From NCBI GenBank assembly GCA_963666735.1, contig OY762926.1:3808001-3872000 (forward strand): DNA of 64,000 bases, in the 5' to 3' direction. The notes beneath the pieces are model-generated. The model did not search any database and was not told where the DNA came from. It saw nothing but the letters and a program-made list of their open reading frames with translations. Below are positions 9,710 to 20,407 of the stretch, in pieces; the first letter of the stretch is position 1; the number at the start of each line of letters is the position of its first letter. Source of the stretch: Gemmatimonadota bacterium (GTDB lineage: Bacteria; Gemmatimonadota; Gemmatimonadetes; Palauibacterales; Palauibacteraceae). The translations under genes were made by a program, and so were the position numbers.

Positions 9710-10815
9710 TGCTCTACCACTTCCTGTTCCCGCTCGCGGACCAGCACATCCTGTTCAACGTGTTCCAGTACATCTCGTTCCGCGCGGCCGGCGCCATGGT
9801 GACGGCCCTCCTCACCGCATTCATCATCGGCCCGGGGGTGATCCGAAGACTCAGGAAGCACGGCATCGGCCAGATCGTGCGGGCCGAGGGGCCGGCCACG
9901 CACCTCGTGAAGGCGGGGACCCCGACCATGGGCGGCATCATCATCCTCACCGCCTGTCTCCTGCCCACCCTTCTCTGGGCACGCCTGGACAACACGTACG
10001 TGTGGGTCGCCCTCGTCGTCACCGCCTGGATGGGCGCGATCGGCTTCATGGATGACTATCTGAAGATCGTGCGGCGGCACTCGCGCGGCCTGATCGCGCG
10101 GTACAAGCTCATCTGGCAGTTCGTGCTGGGTCTGGCGCTCGGCGGGTTCCTCCTCTGGCAGCCCCTGTCCTCGTACGGGGCGACTCAGACGATGCTCCCG
10201 TTCTTCAAGGATCTGACCGTCGTCCTCGCCCCGGCGATCTTCCCGCTGTTCGTCGCCATCGTCGTGGCGGGAAGCGCGAACACCGTGAACCTGACGGATG
10301 GCCTCGACGGGCTGGCCACGGGACTCGCCGCGATCGCCGCCCTCACCTTCGGCGCCTTCGCGTACGCGATCGGCCGCGTGGACACCTCGGCCTACCTCGG
10401 CGTCCTGTACCTGGACGGGGCCGGGGAACTGTCGGTGTTCTGCGCCGCGCTGGCCGGGGCGGCGATCGGCTTCCTCTGGTTCAACGCCCATCCGGCAGAG
10501 GTCATCATGGGCGACACGGGGTCCCTGGCGCTCGGAGGCGCGATCGGCTCCGTCGCCGTGCTCCTGAAGTCGGAATTCCTCCTCGTCATCGTCGGGGGCG
10601 TGTTCGTCCTCGAGGGGTTGTCCGTGATCCTTCAGACCGGCTGGTTCAAATTCAGCCGCCGCCGGTGGGGCGAGGGCCGCCGCCTCCTGCGCATGGCCCC
10701 GCTCCACCACCACTTCGAGAAGCTCGGCTGGCCCGAGACGCGCGTCGTCACGCGTTTCTACATCGTCGGCGTCATCTGCGCGCTCGTCGGCCTGGCGACG
10801 CTCAAGATCCGCTGA
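9709..10815 (+). CDS. mraY: Phospho-MurNAc-pentapeptide transferase
   Basis: 'KAGTPTMGG', 'NLTDGLDGL', 'MGDTGSLALG', 'MAPLHHHFE'. Confidence 0.97.
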   Translation: MLYHFLFPLADQHILFNVFQYISFRAAGAMVTALLTAFIIGPGVIRRLRKHGIGQIVRAEGPATHLVKAGTPTMGGIIILTACLLPTLLWARLDNTYVWVALVVTAWMGAIGFMDDYLKIVRRHSRGLIARYKLIWQFVLGLALGGFLLWQPLSSYGATQTMLPFFKDLTVVLAPAIFPLFVAIVVAGSANTVNLTDGLDGLATGLAAIAALTFGAFAYAIGRVDTSAYLGVLYLDGAGELSVFCAALAGAAIGFLWFNAHPAEVIMGDTGSLALGGAIGSVAVLLKSEFLLVIVGGVFVLEGLSVILQTGWFKFSRRRWGEGRRLLRMAPLHHHFEKLGWPETRVVTRFYIVGVICALVGLATLKIR

Positions 10816-12242
10816 TGGCCGACGACCGTCGTCCTCCGCTCTTCGGGACCGGCGAGCCCGTCGCCGTCCTCGGACTCGGAGTGTCCGGGACGGCCGCGGC
10901 GCGGCTCCTGCACGCGCTCGGCGCGGACGTGTATGCGAGCGATGCGTTCGAGGGTCCCCGGCAGCGCGAAGCCGTGGAAGCCCTCGCCGCCGAGGGCATC
11001 GATGCGGAGGTGGGACGGCACGACGTGGAGCGAGTCCTGAACGCGGACCTCGTCGTGACGAGTCCGGGAATCTCGCCGACGGCCGAAATCCGGCGGATGG
11101 TGGCGGACGCGGGAGTGCCCACGGTGGCCGAAATCGAGGTCGCCTATCGCCACCTGCGCTCGCGGGTTATCGGCATCACGGGCACGAACGGCAAGACGAC
11201 GACGACCGCGCTCTGCGGGCATCTTCTGCAGCAGGCCGGCGTCGACGCGCTCACCGCGGGAAACATCGGCCGCCCGCTCTCCGAAATCCCGCTGATGAAG
11301 CGGCAGCCGGACTGGCTCGTGGTCGAGTTGAGTTCTTTCCAGCTTGCCGACCTCCGGGCGTTCCGGCCCGAGGTCGGCCTGCTCGTGAACCTCGCCGCGG
11401 ACCACCTCGACTGGTATTCGAGTCTCGAGCGCTACTACGAGGACAAGGCGCGTCTGTTCGCGAACGCCGATGAGGACAGCCGCTGGGTTCTGAACGGGGA
11501 TGACGACGATGTGCTCGCCATGGCGGAGCCGGCGGCCGGACGCCGCTACATCGCTTCGATCGAGCCGCACGGGGAGCCGGGGGCGTGGCTCGACGAGGCC
11601 GGGCAGCTCGTCCAGCGTATCGAGGCCGGGGGGGCGCCGCAGCCGTGGATCGCGGCCCCTGAGCTGCAGCTCGTCGGGGTCCACAATGTCATGAACGCGC
11701 TGCTGGCGGGTCTTGGAGCCGCGCTCGCCGGCTGCGAGGCCGCGGCGATCGGAGACGGCCTCGCCTCCTTCCAGGGACTCCCGCACCGCCTCCAGAGGGT
11801 GGGCGAGTTCGAGGGCGTCCTGTGGATCAACGATTCCAAGGGAACGAACGTCTCCGCGACCCGCGTCGCGCTCAACGCGTTCGACCGGCCGCTCGTGGCG
11901 CTCCTCGGAGGCCGGCACAAGGGCGAGTCCTACGGGTCGCTCGCGCCCGCGCTGGGCAAGAACGCGCGGGCCCTGATCGCGTTCGGCGAAGCCGCGCCGC
12001 AGATCGTCCGGGAACTGGGGGACGTGGCGCCGGTCGAGGTCGCCCGCGGATTTCCGCAGCTCGTGCGTCTCGCTCGCGAGGCCGCCCATCCCGGCGATGT
12101 CGTCCTCTTCTCTCCGGCCTGCTCCAGCTACGACATGTTCCCGGATTACCGGAAGCGGGGCCGGACCTTCGAACAGTGCGTCCGCGAATCGTACGACGTC
12201 CGCGAATCGCACGACGGCCCGGCCCCGGAGCGGGCGACATGA
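10815..12242 (+). CDS. murD: UDP-MurNAc-L-Ala-D-Glu ligase
   Basis: 'GLGVSG', 'GTNGKTTT', 'ELSSFQL', 'NDSKGTN', 'SPACSSYDMF'. Confidence 0.95.
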   Translation: MADDRRPPLFGTGEPVAVLGLGVSGTAAARLLHALGADVYASDAFEGPRQREAVEALAAEGIDAEVGRHDVERVLNADLVVTSPGISPTAEIRRMVADAGVPTVAEIEVAYRHLRSRVIGITGTNGKTTTTALCGHLLQQAGVDALTAGNIGRPLSEIPLMKRQPDWLVVELSSFQLADLRAFRPEVGLLVNLAADHLDWYSSLERYYEDKARLFANADEDSRWVLNGDDDDVLAMAEPAAGRRYIASIEPHGEPGAWLDEAGQLVQRIEAGGAPQPWIAAPELQLVGVHNVMNALLAGLGAALAGCEAAAIGDGLASFQGLPHRLQRVGEFEGVLWINDSKGTNVSATRVALNAFDRPLVALLGGRHKGESYGSLAPALGKNARALIAFGEAAPQIVRELGDVAPVEVARGFPQLVRLAREAAHPGDVVLFSPACSSYDMFPDYRKRGRTFEQCVRESYDVRESHDGPAPERAT

Positions 12243-13393
12243 CGGACCACGCCATCTCCCGGGAACTCCCCCGCGTTCAGGAATTCGGCGGTTCGCCGGC
12301 GTGGGTGCGGAATACGCTCATCGGGATCACGCTCGTCCTCGTCGTGTTCGGGCTCCTTTCCGTCTATTCCGCGAGTTCCTTCGCGGCGCAGCAGAGCGGA
12401 CTGCCGGGCAACCACGTTCTCATGAGCCAACTGGCCCGTGCCGCCGTCGGTCTCGTGGCGCTGATCGTGGCCGCCTTCATCGACTATCGCACGTACCGGC
12501 GGTTCGCGTGGCCGATCCTCGGGGTGGTCGCGGTCCTTCTCGTCGTCATGATCCTTCCCTTCACGACGGAGATCGCCCCCGCGCGGAACGGGTCGCGCCG
12601 CTGGCTGATGCTCGGCCCCGCGACCTTCCAGCCCTCCGAACTGGCCAAGGTGGCGGTCGTCTTCTGGACCGCCGCGCTCGCCGTTCGCAAGCAGCGGGTC
12701 TTCGGCAGCTTCCTGAAGGGCGTGCTCCCGTTCCTCCTCGTCCTGGGGCCCCTGCTCGTCCTCATCGCCGCGGAGCCACACCTCTCGGCGACACTGATCA
12801 CGGCCGCGCTGGCGGCGACCGTTCTCTTCGCCGCAGGGATGCGCATGCGACACTTCCTCCTGCTCGCGCTGCCCATCGGCGCCGGGTTGGTGTGGCTCGT
12901 GCGCTCGAACAGCTACCAGCTCACGCGAATCCTCGCGTTTCTCGATCCGGAGGCGGACACCTCCGGCGCGGGCTACCAGTTGCAGCAGGCGCAGATCGCG
13001 ATCGGTTCCGGCGGGATCCTGGGCGCGGGCTACGGCGAGAGCACGCAGAAGCTCCACTACCTGCCGGAAGCGCAGAACGACTTCATCTATCCGATTATCG
13101 CGGAGGAATGGGGGTTCGTGGGCGCGGTCACGATGCTCGTCCTGTTCCTCGTGTGGACGCACCTCGGACTCCGGATCGCGAAATCCGCCCCGGACCTGTT
13201 CGGCCGGCTGATTGCGACCGGGCTCACGGCGATCGTCGCCATCGGAGCGTTCGGGCACATCGGGATCACGATGGGGCTGCTGCCCACGACCGGAGTGAGC
13301 CTCCCCTTCGTCAGCTCCGGCGGCACGGGGCTCGTCATCGCGCTCGGCGTCACGGGCGTCCTGGTCAACGTGGCTTCGCGGCGGAGGTGCTGA
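12239..13393 (+). CDS. ftsW: SEDS peptidoglycan polymerase FtsW
   Basis: 'RRWL', 'FQPSELAK', 'YLPEAQNDFI', 'EEWGF', 'LPFVSSGG'; multi-TM. Confidence 0.93.
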   Translation: MTDHAISRELPRVQEFGGSPAWVRNTLIGITLVLVVFGLLSVYSASSFAAQQSGLPGNHVLMSQLARAAVGLVALIVAAFIDYRTYRRFAWPILGVVAVLLVVMILPFTTEIAPARNGSRRWLMLGPATFQPSELAKVAVVFWTAALAVRKQRVFGSFLKGVLPFLLVLGPLLVLIAAEPHLSATLITAALAATVLFAAGMRMRHFLLLALPIGAGLVWLVRSNSYQLTRILAFLDPEADTSGAGYQLQQAQIAIGSGGILGAGYGESTQKLHYLPEAQNDFIYPIIAEEWGFVGAVTMLVLFLVWTHLGLRIAKSAPDLFGRLIATGLTAIVAIGAFGHIGITMGLLPTTGVSLPFVSSGGTGLVIALGVTGVLVNVASRRRC

Positions 13394-13396
13394 CGC

Positions 13397-14548
13397 ATGG
13401 CGTCGTTTCGCATTCTGCTCGCGGGAGGCGGCACGGGCGGCCATCTGTATCCCGCCCTGCACCTGGCCTCGGCCTTCGGTCGGCTGGCTCCGGAAGTCGA
13501 ATGCGTGTTTCTGGGCGGACAGCGGGGGTTGGAGGCTCGCGTGCTGCCTGACGCGGGGTACGAGTTCCGGCTCCTGCCGCTGCAACCGCTGTACCGGCAG
13601 CGCGCGTGGCGAAACTGGCGTCTGTTTGCGTCGGCTCCGGCTGTCGTGGCCGGTGTGCGGCGCGCCTTCCGGGATTTCGATCCGGGGCTCGTCGTGGGCA
13701 CCGGGGGATACGTGGCGGGGCCCGCGTTGGCGGGAGCCCGTCTGCGGGGCGTCCCCACGGCGATTCAGGAACAGAACGCGGCTCCCGGGCTCGTGACGCG
13801 CCTGTTCTCGCCGAGCGTCGATCAGATCCACCTCGGATACCCCGAGGCCGAGGCTCGACTCAGGGTCGGGGGCCGCACGCGCCTGTTCGCCTTGGGGAAC
13901 CCGGTCGCGCCCGAGGTGGCCGAGGCGGCCGATCCCGGCGGCCCAGCCGGTTCGGTTACGGCCCGCTTTGATTGGCCGCGAGGCCAGAGCCTTCTCGTGT
14001 TCGGCGGGAGCCAGGGTGCGCTCGGCCTCAACCGCGCCTTTCTGCGGGACCTGGAATGGGCGGCGCGGGAGGGCTCGGCGTGGCCGGCCGGCGTCTCGGT
14101 CGTGTGGATCGCCGGACCGGCGCACGCGGCCGAACTCTCCGCGCGCACGTCGGAGCTTCCCTTCGCGGACCGCGTGCGCGTCGTGCCCTACATCGACGAC
14201 CTGGGCCGGCAGCTGGATGGCGTGACGCTGGCGCTGTGCCGGTCGGGCGCGATGTCGCTGGCCGAGCTGTGCGCCGCGGGCCGGCCGGCCGTGCTCGTGC
14301 CGCTCCCGACTTCGGCCGGGGGGCACCAATTGACGAACGCGCGGGCGCTGGCGGAGGCGGGCGCCGCGGAGGTTCGCGAGGAGGGGGGGCTCGAGCCCGG
14401 CGAGTTGTGGTCGCTCTGTCGCGATATCCTCACCGATGACGGGCGCCTGGCCCGGATGTCGGCGGCCGCCGCGAGCCGCGGCCGGCCGGGTGCGGCCCTC
14501 GACATCGCCCGTGAGATGCTCACGCTCCCTGATCGGTGCGCGGCATGA
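13397..14548 (+). CDS. murG: Undecaprenyl-PP-MurNAc-pentapeptide GlcNAc transferase
   Basis: 'GGGTGGHLYP', 'GTGGYV', 'EQNAAPG', 'GGSQGA', 'HQLTNA'. Confidence 0.95.
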   Translation: MASFRILLAGGGTGGHLYPALHLASAFGRLAPEVECVFLGGQRGLEARVLPDAGYEFRLLPLQPLYRQRAWRNWRLFASAPAVVAGVRRAFRDFDPGLVVGTGGYVAGPALAGARLRGVPTAIQEQNAAPGLVTRLFSPSVDQIHLGYPEAEARLRVGGRTRLFALGNPVAPEVAEAADPGGPAGSVTARFDWPRGQSLLVFGGSQGALGLNRAFLRDLEWAAREGSAWPAGVSVVWIAGPAHAAELSARTSELPFADRVRVVPYIDDLGRQLDGVTLALCRSGAMSLAELCAAGRPAVLVPLPTSAGGHQLTNARALAEAGAAEVREEGGLEPGELWSLCRDILTDDGRLARMSAAAASRGRPGAALDIAREMLTLPDRCAA

Positions 14549-15963
14549 CCGGGGCGGTGGTGGGGGCGCCCCGTCGGGCGGGGACCGCGGATCTCCCGGC
14601 GCCCGGGGCGCACGTCCACCTGATGGGGATCGGCGGCGCCGGCATGCGCGGACTCGCCCTCCTCCTCGACCGTGCCGGCTACGTGGTGAGCGGGTGCGAC
14701 CGCGCCCCCTCGGACGCCCTCGGCGACCTCGCGGAGAACGAGATCCGGGTCGAGCGGGAGCACGCCCCGTCGCACGTGTCAGGGACCGATCTGCTGGTCC
14801 GAAGCTCGGCCGTGCCGGCCGACCAGCCCGAGGTCGTCGGAGCGGAAGTCGCCGGCATACCGGTGATGCGCAGGGCCCGGGCGCTCGGCGCCCTCCTCAA
14901 CGGGCAGGCGATGGTCGGGATAGCCGGGACGCACGGGAAGACGACGATCACGGCGATGACCGGGCACGCGGCGGCCGCGGCCGGGCTCGATCCCCTCGTC
15001 CTCGTCGGCGGACGGGTCGATGCGTGGAAGGGGTACACACGGCTGGGCGACGGCCCCGCCATCGTGGAAGCCGATGAATTCGACCGGTCGTTCCTCGAAC
15101 TGCATCCCACGCTTGCCGTGATCAGCTCGCTCGAACCCGAGCACCTCGACACCTACGGAGACTGGGAGCGTCTGCGCTCCGCGTTCGCCGAGTTCGCCGG
15201 GCGGACCCGGCGCGCCGAAGGGCTCATCTACTGCCACGACGACGAAGGCGCCCGCGGACTCGCGGAGGCGTCCGGGTTTTCCGGCTCGGGGCAGGGGTTC
15301 GGGTACGGTTTCGAGGACGGCGCCTGGTGCAGGCTCGAACAGGCGGGCCCGCGCACGCTGCGCCTCTCCTGGCCGGACGGAACGGCCGACGTGGCGCTCC
15401 GGGTGCCGGGGCGCCACAACCAGCTCAACGCCGCCGCGGCCTTCCTCGCCACGGTGCGGCTCGGCGGCGATCCGCGGGCGGCGGCGCGCGGGCTCCGCGA
15501 GTTTCGCGGCGTGGCGCGCCGACTCGAGATGATCGCGGCGTGGCCGGATCTCACGGTCTTCGACGACTACGCGCACCATCCGACCGAGGTCGCCGCGTCG
15601 CTCAGCGCCCTGCGGGAAGCGTATCCCGACGCCCGGCTGACGGTCGTCTTTCAGCCGCATCTGTTCACCCGGACGCGCGACTTTGCGGACGCGTTCGCCC
15701 GCGCCCTGAAGACTGCGGACGAAGCGCGCGTGCTTCCCATCTACGCCGCGCGCGAAGCGCCGCTCCCGGGCGTGACGTCGGAGTCGATCACCGGCGGGGC
15801 CGGCACGACCGCGGCGCTGATCGACCGGAAGGACGCGGTAGGTCTCGTTCCGCCGGAGGTCGGCGCCGAAGAGTCGGTGCTCGTCTTCATGGGCGCCGGC
15901 GATGTCACCGACCTCGCGCACGCGGCGGTCCAGCGGCGGGCGGGCGATGCGGTGGGAACGTGA
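14545..15963 (+). CDS. murC: UDP-MurNAc-L-alanine ligase
   Basis: 'GIGGAGM', 'GTHGKTT', 'EADEFD', 'DDYAHHPTE', 'FQPH', 'MGAGD'. Confidence 0.95.
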   Translation: MTGAVVGAPRRAGTADLPAPGAHVHLMGIGGAGMRGLALLLDRAGYVVSGCDRAPSDALGDLAENEIRVEREHAPSHVSGTDLLVRSSAVPADQPEVVGAEVAGIPVMRRARALGALLNGQAMVGIAGTHGKTTITAMTGHAAAAAGLDPLVLVGGRVDAWKGYTRLGDGPAIVEADEFDRSFLELHPTLAVISSLEPEHLDTYGDWERLRSAFAEFAGRTRRAEGLIYCHDDEGARGLAEASGFSGSGQGFGYGFEDGAWCRLEQAGPRTLRLSWPDGTADVALRVPGRHNQLNAAAAFLATVRLGGDPRAAARGLREFRGVARRLEMIAAWPDLTVFDDYAHHPTEVAASLSALREAYPDARLTVVFQPHLFTRTRDFADAFARALKTADEARVLPIYAAREAPLPGVTSESITGGAGTTAALIDRKDAVGLVPPEVGAEESVLVFMGAGDVTDLAHAAVQRRAGDAVGT

Positions 15964-16840
15964 TGTCCGGCTCGCGCCCCTGGTTCGCTACCGGATCGGC
16001 GGGCCGGCGGCCCGGCTCGCGCGGCCACGGTCGATCGCGGAACTGGACGCCGCGCTGCGCGAGACCTCGGGCCGCGGCTGCCGGGTGCTGGGGACCGGCG
16101 CGAACCTCCTCATCGGGGACGGCGGGGTGCCGGAGCCCGTCCTCGTCCTCGAGGGCGCTTTCGGAGCCGTCCGGGTCGGAGCGACGACCATCGAAGCCGG
16201 GGCCGGCGCCCGTCTGCCCGCCCTTGCCCAGGCCGCACGCCGCAACGGACGGTCCGGATTTCACTTCCTGGAGGCCGTCCCCGGCACCCTCGGTGGAGGC
16301 CTGCGGATGAACGCCGGATCGCGAGACGAGGGGCTCTGGGACCGGGTCGAGTGGGCGGAGGCCGTGACGCCGGAGGGCGAACTCGTCCGGGTTCGGCCCG
16401 AAGAGGCGCGGCCCGCGTACCGCCACGTGAGCGTGCCGGCCGACTGGGTGTTCGTGCGCGCGCGCCTCGAAGCGACGCCGGCCGAGGCCGAGGCCGTCCG
16501 CGAGGCGCACCTGAGTTTCCGCGAGCGAAAGGTCCGGGATCAGGTGTACGACCTGCCCTCGGTCGGATCGACGTGGAAGAACCCGGATCCGCCGCATCCT
16601 CCCGCCTGGAAGATCGTCGACCGCGTGGGAATGCGAGGGGCCCGGGTCGGGGGGGCGCAGATCCACGAACGGCACGCGAATTTCGTCGTCAATCTCGGTG
16701 CCGCGCGCGCTGCGGATGTGATCGAACTCATGGCGGAAACCCGCCGCCGCGCTCTGGCGCGTCTCCGCGTGGCGCTGGAGCCGGAGATCCATCTGTGGGG
16801 GTTCGATCCTCCGCAACTCGCTCGGGTGGGGGCCCCGTGA
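15947..16840 (+). CDS. murB: UDP-N-acetylenolpyruvoylglucosamine reductase
   Basis: 'YRIGGPA', 'GTGANLL', 'PGTLGGGLRMNAG', 'GSTWKNP', 'HANFVVN', 'LEPEI'. Confidence 0.93.
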   Translation: MRWERDVRLAPLVRYRIGGPAARLARPRSIAELDAALRETSGRGCRVLGTGANLLIGDGGVPEPVLVLEGAFGAVRVGATTIEAGAGARLPALAQAARRNGRSGFHFLEAVPGTLGGGLRMNAGSRDEGLWDRVEWAEAVTPEGELVRVRPEEARPAYRHVSVPADWVFVRARLEATPAEAEAVREAHLSFRERKVRDQVYDLPSVGSTWKNPDPPHPPAWKIVDRVGMRGARVGGAQIHERHANFVVNLGAARAADVIELMAETRRRALARLRVALEPEIHLWGFDPPQLARVGAP

Positions 16841-17658
16841 TCGCCCCCCTGTGGGAGCCCGATGAACTCGCCGCGCCGTCGCCTCCCGAACGCGAGGAAC
16901 GCAGGGTGCCGCGCTCGGGGCGCATCACGCGCCGCGGACGCCGGAGGCTCCTCCTGGGCCTGATGGTCGCCTCGATCGGCTTTTCCGTCCCCATCTGGCT
17001 GCCGCGGCTGCTCGCGACGCTGCCCGCATTTCACATCTCGGAAGTCCGCGTGATCGGGACCGAGCACATTTCGCCCGACGAGATCACGGGACTTGCCGCC
17101 GTCGCTCCGGACGCGTCCGTGTGGGATGATCCCGCGACATGGGAAGCGCGCGTCCGGGTCCATCCCATGGTTCGCGAGGCCACGGCCCGGCGAGAGGGCT
17201 TCCATACCCTCGAAATCGCCGTCGTAGAGCGGCGTGCGGTCGCGCTCGTGGCGACGCCCGAACTGCGTCCCGTGAGCGGGGATGGCTACGTGTTGCCGCT
17301 CGAACCCTCTTACGCGTCGCTCGACCTGCCGATCGTCCAGGGCCCGGTCGAGATGGAGAGCGGTTTCGTGACGGACCCGGAAACGCGAGAACTCATCTCC
17401 GCGCTGGCGCGCATGGATCGCACGCGGAGCGACTTCATGTCCCTCGTCTCCGAAGTCGGGCCGGCGGCGGAGGGCGGATACCGTTTCCTGCTCCTCTCCG
17501 GCGCCGGTGCGGAGGTCGTGCTTCTGCCGCGCGATCAGCCCCTGCGCGCCCTCGACCGGGTATCGATCGCGCTCGGCCAGATCGAGGATCGACGCGTCGC
17601 ACGTGCAGACGCGCGTTTCAGGGGCCAGGTTGTACTGACGCGCGTGGAGGAGCGATGA
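16837..17658 (+). CDS. ftsQ: Cell division protein FtsQ/DivIB
   Basis: TM helix, POTRA-like domain ('FHISEVRVIG...HPMVREA'), C-terminal 'DARFRGQVV'. Confidence 0.85.
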   Translation: MIAPLWEPDELAAPSPPEREERRVPRSGRITRRGRRRLLLGLMVASIGFSVPIWLPRLLATLPAFHISEVRVIGTEHISPDEITGLAAVAPDASVWDDPATWEARVRVHPMVREATARREGFHTLEIAVVERRAVALVATPELRPVSGDGYVLPLEPSYASLDLPIVQGPVEMESGFVTDPETRELISALARMDRTRSDFMSLVSEVGPAAEGGYRFLLLSGAGAEVVLLPRDQPLRALDRVSIALGQIEDRRVARADARFRGQVVLTRVEER

Positions 17659-18881
17659 TTCAGGGGGCGGGCATTGTCGGGGTGGATGTGGGATCGACCA
17701 AGACCTGTGCGGTCGCCGCCGCCGTGCATCCCGGCCGCAAACCCACCGACCCGCTCGACATTCTCGGCCTTGGCGTCACGCGCTCCGATGGCATGAACGG
17801 CCCGAACATCGGGAATCTCGAGGCCGCGACCCGGGCCGTTCGCACAGCCGTCAGACAGGCGGAAGCCACGGCCGGTCGCGAAGTCGAAGCCGCCTACGTG
17901 AGCGTGCCGAGCGGAAGCGTCCGGACATCCCGATCGAAGGGCGTACTTCAGGTCTCCGGCTCGGAGGTCACGCCCGCCCACGTCAAGCGCGTGCAGGAAG
18001 TGGGCCGGGCCGTCCCGATCCCGCCGGGCCACGAATTGATACACGCCCTGTCCCAGCGGTACACCGTCGACCATCGTGACGGCATCCGCGACCCCATGGG
18101 CATGGCCGGAGACCGTCTCGAGGCGGACCTCTGCATCGTGACGGCCGACGTGGCGGTCTGTCAGGACCTCTCGAAGGTCGTCGACCGCGCGGGATACCGG
18201 CCGGACGAGCTGGTCATGGCTCCGCTGGCCACTGCGCTCGCCGTGCTCCAGGATGCCGAGCGCGAGGCCGGCGTGGCGTTGGTCGAGATCGGAGGGGCGA
18301 CGACCGATGTCCTCGTGTACGAAGGACACCGCATCCGGCACGCGGCGACGCTGCCGTGGGGCGGATCGATCGTGACGCGGGATGTCGCCCGGGGCCTTGG
18401 GGTTCAGGAAGACGAGGCCGCGCAACTCAAGGAGCGACACGGCGGAGCGCTGCGCGACGCCGCCGGTTCCCAGGAACTACTCGACGTCTCCGGGGCTCGC
18501 CACGGACGCGCTCGACGTGTGTCGCGCGAACTGCTGCTGCACATTATCGAACAACGGCTGGACGAGATCCTGGGACTGGTATACGAGGAACTGGAGGCGA
18601 GCGGAACGCTGCGCGGACTCGATGCGGGGATCGTGCTGAGCGGCGGCGGCGTCTCGCTCGCGCACACGGAAGATCTGGCGCGATCGGTCTTCAACCTGCC
18701 CGTTCGCACCGGGATTCCTTCACTCGGCCTCACGGGCATGGCGGAGAGTGTCGCGCGTCCGTCGTACAGCACTGCCGTGGGGCTGGTACTGTACGGTGCG
18801 TCGCGGGCCTCGGCCGGAGGGTTGGTGGGAGCGACCCGCGCCTTCACAAGAGTCGGCGGGTGGCTACGGGAGTTTTTCTGA
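17655..18881 (+). CDS. ftsA: Cell division protein FtsA
   Basis: 'VDVGSTK', 'EIGGATT', 'GIVLSGGG', 'YSTAVGL'; amphipathic tail 'GGWLREFF'. Confidence 0.95.
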   Translation: MIQGAGIVGVDVGSTKTCAVAAAVHPGRKPTDPLDILGLGVTRSDGMNGPNIGNLEAATRAVRTAVRQAEATAGREVEAAYVSVPSGSVRTSRSKGVLQVSGSEVTPAHVKRVQEVGRAVPIPPGHELIHALSQRYTVDHRDGIRDPMGMAGDRLEADLCIVTADVAVCQDLSKVVDRAGYRPDELVMAPLATALAVLQDAEREAGVALVEIGGATTDVLVYEGHRIRHAATLPWGGSIVTRDVARGLGVQEDEAAQLKERHGGALRDAAGSQELLDVSGARHGRARRVSRELLLHIIEQRLDEILGLVYEELEASGTLRGLDAGIVLSGGGVSLAHTEDLARSVFNLPVRTGIPSLGLTGMAESVARPSYSTAVGLVLYGASRASAGGLVGATRAFTRVGGWLREFF

Positions 18882-18898
18882 CGGGAGGAAGGGGACAC

Positions 18899-20401
18899 AT
18901 GGTCTTCGCATTCGACGAAAATGGCGTGCGTAACGCGAAAATGAAGGTCGTCGGCGTGGGTGGCGCCGGCGGCAACGCGGTCAACCGCATGATCGACGAG
19001 GAACTCGACGGCGTGGAGTTCATCGCGGTCAACACCGACGCCCAGGCGTTGAAGGAATCCGGCGCCCACCTCAGAGTCCAGATCGGGAAGGAACTCACGC
19101 GAGGCCTGGGGGCCGGCGCCCGTCCCGAGATCGGACGGCAGGCGATGTCCGAGAGTGCCGAAGAGATACGATCGTCGATCGAGGGCGCGGATCTCATCTT
19201 CGTCACGGCGGGGATGGGCGGAGGTACCGGCACGGGGGCGGCCCCGATCATCGGCGGCATGGCACGGGAAATGGGGTCGCTCTGCATCGCGATCGTGACC
19301 CGCCCCTTCCACTTCGAGGGCAGGAAGAGGATGCGGTACGCCGAGATCGGGCTGCGGGAGCTTCGGCGCGCGGTGGACACGATGATCGTCGTGCCGAATG
19401 AGCGTCTGCTCGCGGTCGTAGGAAAGGAGATGACCTTCCGCCAGGCGCTCAAGAAAGCGGACGAAGTACTCCTCCAGGCGACCCAGGGAATCTCCGACCT
19501 GATCTCCGTAACCGGCGAAGTGAACGTGGACTTCGCGGACGTTCGCACGGTCATGTCGAACCGCGGGGCCGCCCTCATGGGAACCGGAAGCGCAACGGGC
19601 GAGGATCGGGCCGTGGAGGCGGCGCAGGAGGCCATTTGCTCGCCCCTGCTAGACAACGTATCCATCAACGGTGCCACGGGCGTCCTCATCAACATCAGCG
19701 GCGGCCCGGACCTGACGATCGACGAGGTCACGACGGTCAACTCGATCATCCAGGAGGCCGCGGACGACGAGGGCGAGATGATCTTCGGAGTCGTGCATGA
19801 TCCTCAGCTCGAGGGCAAGCTCCGCGTGACGGTGATCGCGACGGGCTTCGAGGACGTGGAGGAGGACGAGCCGGGACCAGTGGCGGAGAGGGTGATCTCT
19901 GCGGGTAGGCCGCCGTCCCCGCCTCGCTCGGCCCCGGTGGTCATCGGATCGAGGTACGCGGGCCCGCGCGTGGTCGATGATCGCTCGGCGACGCCCGCGC
20001 AACCGGAGCCCGAACCCGTCGAGGCCCCCGAGGTGAAGCGGGCGGACATCGCGTTCGAAGCGCTCGCGGCGGAGGAGCCGACGGCGGAGCCCGCGTTCGA
20101 GCCGCCGCCGGAGACCGCGATCGAAGCCGCGGTGGCATCGGCTCCGGAAGCTGAGTCGGAAGCTGCGCCGGAAGCTGAGTCGGAAGCTGCGCCGGAACCT
20201 GCGCTTGAGCAGTCGGCGTCGGATGGATCGCTGCGCGACGGGGCGGGGTACGAAGCGGAACCGGCGGCACCGGAGACGGCGGCCGAAGAAGCGACGCCCG
20301 ACGTGGAGCCCGGAGTACCGGGCCGCGACTTGTGGACCGACGCCCGCGTCGAGTTCGAGGATCTCGAGATCCCGACCTTCATACGGCGACAGATGGACTG
20401 A
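18899..20401 (+). CDS. ftsZ: Cell division GTPase FtsZ with long acidic linker
   Basis: '[10 protein letters not shown]', tubulin motif 'GMGGGTGTG', 'NVDFAD'; C-terminal peptide '[12 protein letters not shown]'. Confidence 0.97.
   Translation: MVFAFDENGVRNAKMKVVGVGGAGGNAVNRMIDEELDGVEFIAVNTDAQALKESGAHLRVQIGKELTRGLGAGARPEIGRQAMSESAEEIRSSIEGADLIFVTAGMGGGTGTGAAPIIGGMAREMGSLCIAIVTRPFHFEGRKRMRYAEIGLRELRRAVDTMIVVPNERLLAVVGKEMTFRQALKKADEVLLQATQGISDLISVTGEVNVDFADVRTVMSNRGAALMGTGSATGEDRAVEAAQEAICSPLLDNVSINGATGVLINISGGPDLTIDEVTTVNSIIQEAADDEGEMIFGVVHDPQLEGKLRVTVIATGFEDVEEDEPGPVAERVISAGRPPSPPRSAPVVIGSRYAGPRVVDDRSATPAQPEPEPVEAPEVKRADIAFEALAAEEPTAEPAFEPPPETAIEAAVASAPEAESEAAPEAESEAAPEPALEQSASDGSLRDGAGYEAEPAAPETAAEEATPDVEPGVPGRDLWTDARVEFEDLEIPTFIRRQMD
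20144..20197 (+). repeat. 24-bp in-frame tandem repeat (2.25 copies) in the ftsZ linker
   Basis: ccggaagctgagtcggaagctgcg x2 followed by ccggaa; encodes PEAESEAA. Confidence 0.9.
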
Positions 20402-20407
20402 GCGCGC